Source of the DNA: Aeromonas phage PS2
Sequence record: MN453779.2
Strand: one strand, 5' to 3'
Length of the DNA: 40,000 bases
Part shown: piece after piece, positions 8,904-17,603 of the stretch
Numbering within the stretch: position 1 is the first letter of the stretch
How the letters are laid out: every line of letters begins with the position of its first letter
Program-made: the position numbers and the translations under genes
Notes under the pieces: model-generated
What the model was told of the DNA's origin: nothing
Databases searched by the model: none
Seen by the model: the letters and a program-made list of their open reading frames with translations, nothing else

Positions 8904-9935
8904 ATGAAAATTGATGAACGACTACTTGCTTATAAACCAATATCTGTTACTCTTAACTTTGATTGGGAAAAGACTACATTTGATCAAAGAGCTCAAATGA
9001 GGTGGGATTATATTCAGGAACAGAAAAAGAAAGATCCCAACTATGTTGGATATGATTTTCCTGAATGGTTTAGGAGTTCTCATGGCTCAAATGCCGACCG
9101 TAGTGGAAAATATTTCGTAGATAAAAATAAGTTAGTTAACACCATTGGTCAAATAGTAAAATTACAAGGTAAAGACGTTATTATTAGTTTTGGAAGTAAG
9201 AGAGATGATGGATATCTAGCGGTCAGGTTATCGTGCAATGGCGGTCGCGGTAAAGCCAAAGTTCACCGAATAGTAGCATGTACTTTCATACCTATCCCTT
9301 TCAGACTAAGGGGGTGCAGCAAGAAAATAGTAGTTAATCATAAGAATGATATTAGGCATTGTAATTTTATCTCTAATCTCGAATGGTGTACTAACCAAGA
9401 GAATATCACAAAGGCATACGAAACAGGAGTAAGTAAGGTCACACCGTTTAAATGTGTCGTCGGTGAAATTAATGGAATAGAAGGAAATGTTTATTATTTC
9501 TCTAGGATTTCTGAGCTCAACGAGTTGAAATTTAGCAACTGGAAAATATATAACTCAGTAAATACAGGAAGTATGTATTGTCACGCTAGGTGGTATCAAA
9601 TAAGTAAAGAGGAGTTATCAGGTAAGAAGTTAGGGATACCGGAAGAAGATCTATTAAAAATAAGGGATACAAAAAACGGAAATTTTAAATCAAGATGTGC
9701 TGTCGGGACGATTGTTTCGGATGGGCCATGCAAGGGAGAGATATTTTATATATTTGGTTCAGCAGAGTTACGTAAATACGGATTTGATGACAGTAGAGTC
9801 TCATCTGTAATATTAAATAAAAGAAAAACACATAGGGGTTGTACTTGGTATAGAATAAGTAGAAAAGAAAGTTTAGGTAAACCCATTGGTTTAACAGAAG
9901 CTCAAAAAGAACACATCTTTGGTAAGAAAGAATAA
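8904..9935 (+). CDS. HNH homing endonuclease-like protein, 343 aa
   Basis: VHRIVACTFIP...IVVNHKNDIRHCNFISNLEWCTNQENI is an HNH homing-endonuclease core; N-terminal RWDYIQEQKKKDPNYVGYDFPEW module shared with other ORFs here. Confidence 0.85.
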   Translation: MKIDERLLAYKPISVTLNFDWEKTTFDQRAQMRWDYIQEQKKKDPNYVGYDFPEWFRSSHGSNADRSGKYFVDKNKLVNTIGQIVKLQGKDVIISFGSKRDDGYLAVRLSCNGGRGKAKVHRIVACTFIPIPFRLRGCSKKIVVNHKNDIRHCNFISNLEWCTNQENITKAYETGVSKVTPFKCVVGEINGIEGNVYYFSRISELNELKFSNWKIYNSVNTGSMYCHARWYQISKEELSGKKLGIPEEDLLKIRDTKNGNFKSRCAVGTIVSDGPCKGEIFYIFGSAELRKYGFDDSRVSSVILNKRKTHRGCTWYRISRKESLGKPIGLTEAQKEHIFGKKE

Positions 9936-9953
9936 TCAATGTTATGTAACTTA

Positions 9954-9984
9954 ACCTCTACCTTCCAGATGGGAAGGTAGAGGT
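9954..9984. terminator. bidirectional terminator hairpin between convergent genes
   Basis: ACCTCTACCTTCC-AGATG-GGAAGGTAGAGGT, perfect 13-bp stem between 8904..9935 (+) and 9992..11083 (-). Confidence 0.75.
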
Positions 9985-9991
9985 ATAATTA

Positions 9992-11083
9992 TCATCTTTC
10001 TTTTAAATCTAAATGAACATTGTAGAACTTGTTTCTCCAGTATGGATCTTTTATCTGATTAAGAATAAAAACAGGATTTAGTTTATAGAAAGTTCTTAAT
10101 TGAGCTTCTATAATAGGATCCTGATATCCCATGTAATCCATATAAGAGAGATATGGTTTCACCCAATATAAAGCAGCTAAGGTATAAATCCAGCCTAACT
10201 GAATAAACATCTGGGATTTACCGCAGTTAATGAAAGGACCTGAGTTAGAATAAAGAGTAGGATGGTATTCCATATACTCAGTAAAACTTCTCAGTCGATC
10301 AGACATCAATTTCTTTTTCTTCCACGTTACATACCTACCTAAGTCCATGGAGTAGTCTGTAAACGCGAATGGTGGATCTTGAATAACTATTTTGTCACCA
10401 GCCGTATAATTTAACATTACTGTTTCATTATGTACTGGATAATAATCCATCAGTACTAAATAGATGAAGTGCTGGGGTGTTAAACCTACATTAACATTAC
10501 TGGCAACTCTATCAGTTAAGTAATAGTAATAACTTAGCACTAGTCGATGGAGATCCACTTGTATAGCGGTGTAGAAATCTTCTTGACCCTTTCTAATCTC
10601 GCTGTCTAATAACTTAGACAAATCCCAGTATTGAACATTACTAGTGGAGAATATGGTCGAAAGTATTGGTTGCTCAGATATTTTTTCACGAGAGAGATCA
10701 TCTATTGTCAACCCGTACTCGTTATCAAACGGAACGACAAAAAGAGTATGATGATTGCTTTCAGGAAATACTGTATCGAGGTGATCTTTACCTTTGTTAT
10801 ATAACGAGGTAAGGTTAACCAAGCTTGCGTATTGTCTACCTTTTAATTCCACCAAATTAAAAAGAGACTCTGATCCTGATACAATGTCAACCGAAAAGTG
10901 TTGAAGCAGTTGTACTAATGGATGTTGACTAGGAACAACTCGATTACCTAGTTGGAAATACTTCCTATAGTTTTCTCTGTTTCTAGCTATAATACGTTGT
11001 AGGTTACCAAGACCTCCGTACTGTGGTACCGAGTATTGTAACCCATTGCTCTTTAGTTTGAAATGAGACATATGGTAACTCAA
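9992..11083 (-). CDS. hypothetical protein, 363 aa
   Basis: Only long minus-strand ORF in this section, with a convergent terminator at its 3' end. Confidence 0.75.
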   Translation of the reverse strand: MSYHMSHFKLKSNGLQYSVPQYGGLGNLQRIIARNRENYRKYFQLGNRVVPSQHPLVQLLQHFSVDIVSGSESLFNLVELKGRQYASLVNLTSLYNKGKDHLDTVFPESNHHTLFVVPFDNEYGLTIDDLSREKISEQPILSTIFSTSNVQYWDLSKLLDSEIRKGQEDFYTAIQVDLHRLVLSYYYYLTDRVASNVNVGLTPQHFIYLVLMDYYPVHNETVMLNYTAGDKIVIQDPPFAFTDYSMDLGRYVTWKKKKLMSDRLRSFTEYMEYHPTLYSNSGPFINCGKSQMFIQLGWIYTLAALYWVKPYLSYMDYMGYQDPIIEAQLRTFYKLNPVFILNQIKDPYWRNKFYNVHLDLKER

Positions 11084-11223
11084 CTTAAAAAGATAAGTAA
11101 TGTAGTATTATATGTACAAACATCTAGGTTCATCCTAGGTGTTAAAGCGGTAGCTGTACGTCGTATGGAAAATTCTGTCATACGATCAACGTAGGAATGA
11201 CTAATTTGTGACAATTTTTATAG

Positions 11224-11250
11224 TTCTATAATTTTTCAAACCTATATTAC
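11224..11250 (+). promoter_or_regulatory. recurrent promoter-like motif, copy 3
   Basis: TTCTATAATTTTTCAAACCTATATTAC about 90 nt upstream of the chimallin-like gene; near-identical to copy 1. Confidence 0.65.
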
Positions 11251-11337
11251 CTAAGTGATAAGTAAGAGAAGTATTTTCAATTACTTTATTAACCCGCCAC
11301 TAGTGATTTAAATAACTTTTAGCTAAAGGAAATTATC

Positions 11338-13239
11338 ATGCAAGTTAACAACAACGAAAACAACGCTATGAACACTACCCTGGGTCTGGGTACTTCTTCT
11401 AACGGTTCTGGTTCTCCTCTGGCTGCGCTGTTTGGTAGCACCAACCTGATCACCTCCTCCCACTCCGCAACCGAAGTTGCTGATGTGATCAAGTACCTGC
11501 AAGAGAAAGTTAAAGAGCTGCTGGCCAACACCGCCCCTGAAATCCAGAAAGCAACTCTGCCGCGTTTCATAGAACGGCCGACCTCTGACATCACCCCGCA
11601 TCTGCCCGCCATCGCAATGTACACCGTACTGGGTACTAGCTGCTACGTTATGCCGATCCTGTTCTACAAAGCGGGTTTCACCGATGCCACCGATACCATC
11701 CAAATGGGTAACGAAGCTCCGCGTGGTTATGCTAAAACTCCGACTTCCTTCATGACCAATGATGTAATGAAGAAGGTTAAGGAAAGCTTCAAATTGATCG
11801 ACGGTAAAACCATGACCAACGTAGTGATTACCGCACCGATGGTAATGAACCTGGAGCGTTATATCAAAGCTGGTATTACCGGCGAAGATATGGCCGCTAA
11901 AGTTGGTCACAAACTGCTCAAAGAGTGGCAGACCGGTATTACCAACATGGCTGCTCTGGAAACTCAGAAAGCTGGTGGTCAACTGCCCAACCCGTTTGCC
12001 GGTGGTAAACTGTTTGGTCAGCATGAAGCTGCTCTGGCTCGTGTTGAGTCTGTTCATCAACTGGTTGTTGATGGTCTGCCTGTTCCGTATAACCTGGCTG
12101 TTAAGCTGGCAACTGCCAACAAGAACAACATGACCAACTACGGTAACAACACCGCCAAGACCATCCTGACAACTTACCTGAACGTCCAACTGGAAACCAT
12201 GTCTCCTGGTCAGTTCAACGATGTTCGTGCTCGTAACCCCGGTCGTCCTTGCGGTCCGATCGTTCCGGTTGTTGTAGCTGGCATGTCCAACCCTGGTGAA
12301 ACCCTGCATCACAACAACTCCCTGATGACCCAACTGCTCGGTCTGTTCGCAAGTCTGGCAGCTAACGCACCGGTGTTCTTCTCCGAAGCGTTCCGTGGTC
12401 AACAGGTTGGTAACCGTGGTAACCTGGGCGTGTTCAACAACTACATGGCTTCTATTCTGGGTCCTGTGTACGGTGCTGATCACAACCTCACCAACAAGAA
12501 CATCACCAACATCGCAGTAACCAATGACTGGATCCAGCGTTATGTTGCTCCCCAAGCAGTATACGCAATCGATCTGATCGGTTATGTAGATGAAACCAGT
12601 AACAACGACTTCTGGTTCGGTATCACTTCTGGTGACAAGTCCTCTACCTACGTTCGTTCCATGATCTCCCTGTGTGATCTGCTGACCGGCGGTAAGTTCT
12701 CTGCTCTGGCTAAAGAGAACACTGAGAAAGGTGCAAACCGTGACAAGTCCAAAGAGTGGGCGTTTGGTGATGCTATCATGCATCGTACCAACATCATCCG
12801 TCCTTACGGTATCGCCAAGAAAGGTAATGCTTGGTTTGATCTGGGTGAAGTCGATGGTATGTTCCTGCGTCAGCCCGAGTACTACGGTACCAATGAAGTA
12901 GCAATTAATGAGTACAACGCCCTGCTGCAAGGTAGCATGGGTAACATTGATACTCGTATCCGTCAGTACAACATCCTGAACCGTCTGCAGGCGATGTTCA
13001 ACAACGATGTGATCGTTGAAGGTTGGAGCCTGCGTTATGTATTTAACCAATCCTTCTTCAACACCCTGGCTCAAGCAATGTCTGCTGCTGGTACTCTGTC
13101 CGTATCCGGTAACAACGCTGCCGCTAACTGGACCATGCACGTTCAGAACGAAATCCTGAACATGACCATGGGTGCTAGCCTGTCTAACGCTCCGGTCACT
13201 CAGAACGTAATGAACAACGTGATGTACACCCAGTTCTAA
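11338..13239 (+). CDS. chmA: chimallin-like (phage nucleus shell) protein, 633 aa
   Basis: Length near the known ~610-630 aa chimallins; position immediately upstream of an RNAP beta' N-terminal gene matches phiKZ gp54/gp55 order; strongly biased C/G-ending codons consistent with very high expression. Assigned by context, not by alignment; a major structural protein is the alternative. Confidence 0.65.
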   Translation: MQVNNNENNAMNTTLGLGTSSNGSGSPLAALFGSTNLITSSHSATEVADVIKYLQEKVKELLANTAPEIQKATLPRFIERPTSDITPHLPAIAMYTVLGTSCYVMPILFYKAGFTDATDTIQMGNEAPRGYAKTPTSFMTNDVMKKVKESFKLIDGKTMTNVVITAPMVMNLERYIKAGITGEDMAAKVGHKLLKEWQTGITNMAALETQKAGGQLPNPFAGGKLFGQHEAALARVESVHQLVVDGLPVPYNLAVKLATANKNNMTNYGNNTAKTILTTYLNVQLETMSPGQFNDVRARNPGRPCGPIVPVVVAGMSNPGETLHHNNSLMTQLLGLFASLAANAPVFFSEAFRGQQVGNRGNLGVFNNYMASILGPVYGADHNLTNKNITNIAVTNDWIQRYVAPQAVYAIDLIGYVDETSNNDFWFGITSGDKSSTYVRSMISLCDLLTGGKFSALAKENTEKGANRDKSKEWAFGDAIMHRTNIIRPYGIAKKGNAWFDLGEVDGMFLRQPEYYGTNEVAINEYNALLQGSMGNIDTRIRQYNILNRLQAMFNNDVIVEGWSLRYVFNQSFFNTLAQAMSAAGTLSVSGNNAAANWTMHVQNEILNMTMGASLSNAPVTQNVMNNVMYTQF

Positions 13240-13267
13240 TAGAGCTGATAAACGTTAAGATGTAACT

Positions 13268-13299
13268 ACTAGAGAGGAGGGTAATTCCTCCTCTCTAGT
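13268..13299 (+). terminator. intrinsic terminator-like hairpin
   Basis: ACTAGAGAGGAGG-GTAATT-CCTCCTCTCTAGT, perfect 13-bp stem directly after the chimallin-like gene. Confidence 0.75.
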
Positions 13300-13325
13300 T
13301 TATTACCTGGAGGTAATTTTTTCGT

Positions 13326-14720
13326 ATGTCAACTTTAGCGAATGTACTTGAGCAGTATCAAATACAACATCTTCTTCCAACCACTCTATTTGATAAAATT
13401 ATTGAAGAGTCAGGTTATACACCAGAAGGTGATGACGAAAGCTTTTACCAGCCTCTTTATCCAGACATTGAAGATTTTAATTATCGGCATGATACTACTA
13501 CAGTTCATCCGATCTATCTGAATGATTTCGATTTTAATATAGAAGAAGATCGAGAAAAGATTACTGCTCTACTACGTACCGAATATGAAGGAAACAATTT
13601 CGATACAGTCGCGAGCTGCACTTGTAAGAAACATCGGACTAATGCGTACCTTGGTACAAGTTTCGTTTGTGACAGTTGTGGAGATCCTGTCACTAAACCA
13701 CTTGGCGAGAAAATCGAAACCAAAGTCTGGCTTCGCACTCCTGCTAATGTGTCAGGTTTTATTAATCCTACTATTGCGGAAGTGTTCTTTCGTAAACTTA
13801 ACACCAAAACTCCTAAGGTAAATTTGATGGAGTATTGGATTAACAAAGAGTTTAGAAATGAAAAGCGTTTTAGAGACCCAAGTCATAGTGCGTTTAAAAT
13901 AGCTTGTAAACTAGAAGCTTTCCGTTTGTCGCTCAATATCGAATTTGGATATAACGAGTTCGTTGACAATATGGATTTGATTATCAGATCAGCTATTGAA
14001 CACGACACTAATGGTGTTCTGGATCTTACTGAAAAGAACCGTGAACATTATGCGATGTTCTGGGAAAAATTCAAATCAAGAGCTGTAGCTCAACATCTCC
14101 CTTTGCCTAACAAGGTAACCTCTATTGTCGAGTCTGACCAACGAGATAAATATGTTAATAAGGAGAAGAGTGATCTTGAAAAGATCTTTTACACCATTGC
14201 TGATATGTATCCAGCTTATGACTATCGTTCTACTGAGAACGCAGAGATCATGGGGAAGATCTTTACTAAACTCAAAAACATGATGTTGGATGTAACTGAA
14301 TCTATCCTCTTCAAGAAGAAAGGGATGATTCGATATCACGCTGGTGCTGGTAAGCTACCAATGACTGGTCGTTCTATTATCACAGGTGAATCTGGTGTTT
14401 GTCGCTCAGACACTATCATCGTTCCCTGGTTGTACGGAATAACTTGTTTGGATAAACACCTAACTAACTGGCTGTATCGGAAAGGTTATACCCCGCTGAA
14501 AGTAAAGGAGATTATACGTTCTGCTGCTAACTTTAAACATCCTGTTGTAGAGGAGTTCTTTAACTGGGTAGAAAGTAATCGATACGCCATTGCAACGTGC
14601 GGTCGAAATCCTTCTATTCAGTATTTGTCAGCACGTGGTTTCTTTGTACAGTTTAACCGCGATGTAGAAGATAAATCCATCCGGATTCCGATCACTACAG
14701 TTAAGGAATTTAATGCCGAT
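13326..14720 (+). CDS. RNA polymerase beta' N-terminal subunit, exon 1 (phiKZ gp55-like non-virion RNAP)
   Basis: GESGVCRSD/MTGRSIITG and ATCGRNPSIQYLSARGFFVQ...ITTVKEFNAD resemble beta' GRSVI, NRAPTLHR and NADFDGD regions; zinc-like CTCKKHR...CDSCG. The ORF track runs to 14753 but 14721 onward is intron read-through. Confidence 0.85.
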
Positions 14721-15194
14721 CGAAATGTATTTAGCATACATGTGGGAAAATAACTTAAACTATTTTCTCCAGTTAAATACACTCAGTCCCCCTAGGGTGA
14801 AAGTCCTAGTGAGGTACCTTTTGAATTGCTGGAAAGTCCACAAAAGTTACTTACCTAAGCTTAATTAGAAATGATTAAGTTAGTGGTGTCGAAAGACAGA
14901 AACAACAAGTAACCTGTCCTACGCTAAGAAATAATGCTAAGGGATACTAACAAGGGATAATCAGCCTCCGAGGATCTAAGTATATTCGTGATGAATAGAT
15001 AGGATTCAGGTTCAACGACTGTCCCGTGGCTGGGAGTAGGGAAATCAGATTTCCTGAAGTATTAGGCACCTAACCGTGTAAAGACGTAGGTGATGGTATA
15101 GTCTGCTCCTCTAGTAATGTAGAGGCGGGTGTCTTAGCGCACCGGTGTTATTATGATAGCCAAAATGGCGAACGGTAATAACACGGACATAAGG
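14721..15194 (+). other. group I intron 1 (474 nt, no ORF)
   Basis: Conserved core elements AATTGCTGGAAA (~14824), GGGATAATCAGCC (~14954), GTTCAACGACT (~15010) and GGTATAGTC (~15095); 3' end G; 9-bp GTGTTATTA/TAATAACAC 3' hairpin; boundaries restore the NADFDGD frame. The P1 helix is not clearly identified. Confidence 0.8.
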
Positions 15195-15203
15195 TTCGAC
15201 GGT
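15195..15203 (+). CDS. RNAP beta' micro-exon 2, 9 nt, encodes F-D-G
   Basis: TTCGACGGT; preceded by intron-terminal G, ends in U; with flanking exons gives FNAD-FDG-DNM. Confidence 0.8.
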
Positions 15204-16355
15204 AAACTTTTGCTGTCATTAAACCCTTTCAATTGCTGGAAACCCCTTAGAGCTTAATCAACTAAAGCGGAATTGGAAACAATAAACGTAAATGTTTGAA
15301 AATGATTAAGATTGGGCAATCAGCAGCGAAGCTTCTAAATACATTTGAGATGAATGGATACGAAGAACGTTCAACGACTACGTTCCCAGAAGCCTGGGAT
15401 GATGAGGGCGCTTTAAAGCGAAGATATAGTCTCTACCGGTATGAAAGTATCGGATGGAAATCCCTGACCGGAATTCCACGTGATCTAGCGAATCACGAAG
15501 AGTCCTAAAAAGACGGAGAACAATAATGTTGTTAATACCTGAATCCGATGGGTTCTTTGTTACTGAAACTGGTCGAGTATACGACAAAGACGGCAAAGAA
15601 CGAAATTACTACACCAACGGAGACGGGTATATTACCGCCTCGATCTCTATTGGTGGTAAGTGGCAAACATTTGGGGTACAGCGGTTGGTCATGTTAGCCT
15701 ATGAACCGATTGATAATCCAGATGACTACACGGTCAATCATATTGACCTTGATAAAACCAATAACAACAAACCAAATTTAGAATGGCTGACAACAAAGTG
15801 GAACAATATCCATTCTGCTATTTTTAACAGTAAAGGTAAACGCCCTGTTGTCAGATGTTTGAATGGTGATGAAGAAATGTTCATCAAAGATGTGATGACG
15901 CTTCCCACAATTCTTGGTGTCGATATCCAGCAAATATGGTTTGCAATTAAGAACTCAACCCAGATAAATGGATGGTCCATTTCACCGATCCCTTATGACG
16001 ATAAAGAAATTATCCGATTATTGAACAGTTCCATTGGAACTGTTGATGGACCAGTGAGACCAGTTAGATGTTTAGACATCGAAACTGGAATTTGGAAAAA
16101 TTACAAGAGTATGAAAGAAATGGCTAATGAATTTGGTGTTGGTATAACACACATCAGACATCGCTTAGCTACCTTTGAACGTCCTCGTATATTTCTCCAA
16201 CGTTACATTATTCTGGATGATGGAGTTTCAGATGAGTTCATCACCCCAGAACTAATCGCCATGTTAAAGATGACTTGGACGAAGAAAAGAAAGCGTTGGT
16301 CAGAACGCTGTAATTAGGACTCGATAAAAACCACTTATGTGGAACAATGTGATAG
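15204..16355 (+). other. group I intron 2 (1152 nt) carrying an HNH endonuclease gene
   Basis: P1: exon GACGGU pairs with intron GCUGUC (six pairs, U.G at the splice site, loop AAACUUUU); core AATTGCTGGAAA (15231), AATCAGCAGCGAAG (~15318), GTTCAACGACTA (15369), AGATATAGTC (15422); ends ...GTGATAG|GATAAC. Confidence 0.9.
15526..16317 (+). CDS. intron-encoded HNH homing endonuclease, 263 aa
   Basis: VQRLVMLAYEP...YTVNHIDLDKTNNNKPNLEWLTTKWNNIHSAI HNH core; located inside intron 2. Confidence 0.9.
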   Translation: MLLIPESDGFFVTETGRVYDKDGKERNYYTNGDGYITASISIGGKWQTFGVQRLVMLAYEPIDNPDDYTVNHIDLDKTNNNKPNLEWLTTKWNNIHSAIFNSKGKRPVVRCLNGDEEMFIKDVMTLPTILGVDIQQIWFAIKNSTQINGWSISPIPYDDKEIIRLLNSSIGTVDGPVRPVRCLDIETGIWKNYKSMKEMANEFGVGITHIRHRLATFERPRIFLQRYIILDDGVSDEFITPELIAMLKMTWTKKRKRWSERCN

Positions 16356-16541
16356 GATAACATGTATCTATTCTTTATCCCCGATATGGTGGGTAAAGTA
16401 AATGCGTATAGTAACTGGGGGCACCATCAAATGGTCGATCCAAACAAGCCGTTTAAAACAAGTAGATTTGTTGCAGCGACACGAACTAATCTCTTAAACA
16501 TAAATAGCGTACTTCTTAATACACCGATTGAGGAGGACTAA
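16356..16541 (+). CDS. RNAP beta' N-terminal subunit, exon 3 (61 codons plus stop)
   Basis: GAT AAC ATG TAT... reads DNMYLFFIPDMVGKVNAYSNWGHHQMVDPNKPFKTSRFVAATRTNLLNINSVLLNTPIEED*, in frame with exon 1 once the introns are removed. Confidence 0.85.
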   Translation, partial: DNMYLFFIPDMVGKVNAYSNWGHHQMVDPNKPFKTSRFVAATRTNLLNINSVLLNTPIEED

Positions 16542-16542
16542 T

Positions 16543-17193
16543 TTGAACGTAACATCAGCTTTCAATAGAGGTTGTGGTGGAAGCTTGAGTAGTGAAGCTG
16601 CCCAAGTCTACGATAGCTTCATGGGAAATATGTTGCAGAAATACGAAAACTTAACTGGATGGTTGAGCGAAACTGTAGATTCTGTAAAGAAAGCTCATAG
16701 CAACTTCATGTCTTCTAAAATGTGGGAGTTCTCTAACCGTATTGGTAGAACAGGACACTACGTAGGAAGATTCGAAATCGGTTATCTGTCAGAAGTTCAT
16801 TTCCAACAACAAGCCACTGGGTTTATGCGTAATTACATTATGGCTAATCCTAACATGATGGCGTTGTATGAAACTGAACAAGTTTCTGGATATGGTGGAG
16901 ATTTCTCTGACTTGTGTTCTGGTATTGGTCATGGTAACTATTACTATGATAAAGCGATGGACGGATTAGTTACTCAAAATGAGAGTGATCAATACTTCTA
17001 TCGTACTTACCACAATTCAATGGACGAAGGAACGCATCTAAGTCCTAGAGAACGTTTCGATATTCAACGTACTTGGCGTGCGACCGACCACCACATTAAG
17101 AACTTGTTTGACTCGTCTAACATTGCGGGTGGAAACATTCTTACTTTGGAAGAAGTTGAAGAACGTCGTAAAGCAGAAGAAGACAAAGAGTAA
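16543..17193 (+). CDS. hypothetical protein, 216 aa, TTG start
   Basis: ORF; GAGGAGG ribosome-binding site precedes TTG at 16543 (ORF track starts at 16528). Confidence 0.8.
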   Translation: MNVTSAFNRGCGGSLSSEAAQVYDSFMGNMLQKYENLTGWLSETVDSVKKAHSNFMSSKMWEFSNRIGRTGHYVGRFEIGYLSEVHFQQQATGFMRNYIMANPNMMALYETEQVSGYGGDFSDLCSGIGHGNYYYDKAMDGLVTQNESDQYFYRTYHNSMDEGTHLSPRERFDIQRTWRATDHHIKNLFDSSNIAGGNILTLEEVEERRKAEEDKE

Positions 17194-17200
17194 TTAAACT

Positions 17201-17232
17201 GAACTACCTGAGGAGTTATCCTTGGGTAGTTC
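17201..17232 (+). terminator. terminator-like hairpin
   Basis: GAACTACCTGAGGA-GTTA-TCCTTGGGTAGTTC, 14-bp stem with two wobble pairs. Confidence 0.6.
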
Positions 17233-17268
17233 TTCTATCTACTTTAAAAAAATTAAGGAAATAGACAA

Positions 17269-17595
17269 ATGAAGCAAGTTCACGAAGATGATATTTGTGT
17301 TGTAACACGATCTGAAGTTGATGTTAATCGTTACTATGGAAGTGGACGTCGTAGTAAACTACCTCTGCCAATGCTTAGGTATCAGGACTCAAGTGATCCC
17401 AATAAAGAAAATGGTTTCACTTTGGAAGGTGTAATCGCTTCTGCTATTGATCGTTTGGAGCACTTTAATACTGGACAGTTTAAATGTGATCACAATGATC
17501 GTGCTTTGGAACATCTTCGTGGCGCATTGAAAGAACTCAATGACCGAGTAGAAGATCGTAAAGCGCGAGATGTTTACAACACCGACAAAGCTTAG
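17269..17595 (+). CDS. Acb2/Tad1 hairpin-domain-like protein, candidate cyclic-oligonucleotide sponge, 108 aa
   Basis: C-terminal pattern VIASAIDRLEHFNTGQFKCDHNDRALEHLRGALKELNDRVEDRKARDVYNTDKA resembles the recalled Acb2-family pattern (I-RLE-FQ-G-F-C-EN--AL--L--AL-WL--RT--R-ARGVEGT). Confidence 0.6.
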   Translation: MKQVHEDDICVVTRSEVDVNRYYGSGRRSKLPLPMLRYQDSSDPNKENGFTLEGVIASAIDRLEHFNTGQFKCDHNDRALEHLRGALKELNDRVEDRKARDVYNTDKA

Positions 17596-17603
17596 GAGTT
17601 AAC

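Noticed and set aside
11323-13140. 605-aa minus-strand ORF opposite the chimallin-like gene
   Set aside because: Mirror ORF produced by strong codon bias of the plus-strand gene; no plausible regulatory context and low-complexity composition.
14721-14753. C-terminal RNVFSIHVGK* of the tracked 475-aa RNAP ORF as a genuine protein end
   Set aside because: The catalytic motif would be broken after NAD, group I core elements follow directly, and the missing FDGD residues are found downstream; this is intron read-through.
15296-15508. 70-aa ORF MKMIKIGQSAAKLLNTFEM...
   Set aside because: It overlaps the conserved catalytic core of group I intron 2 (AATCAGCAGCGAAG, GTTCAACGACTA, AGATATAGTC), so it is structured RNA and not a protein gene.
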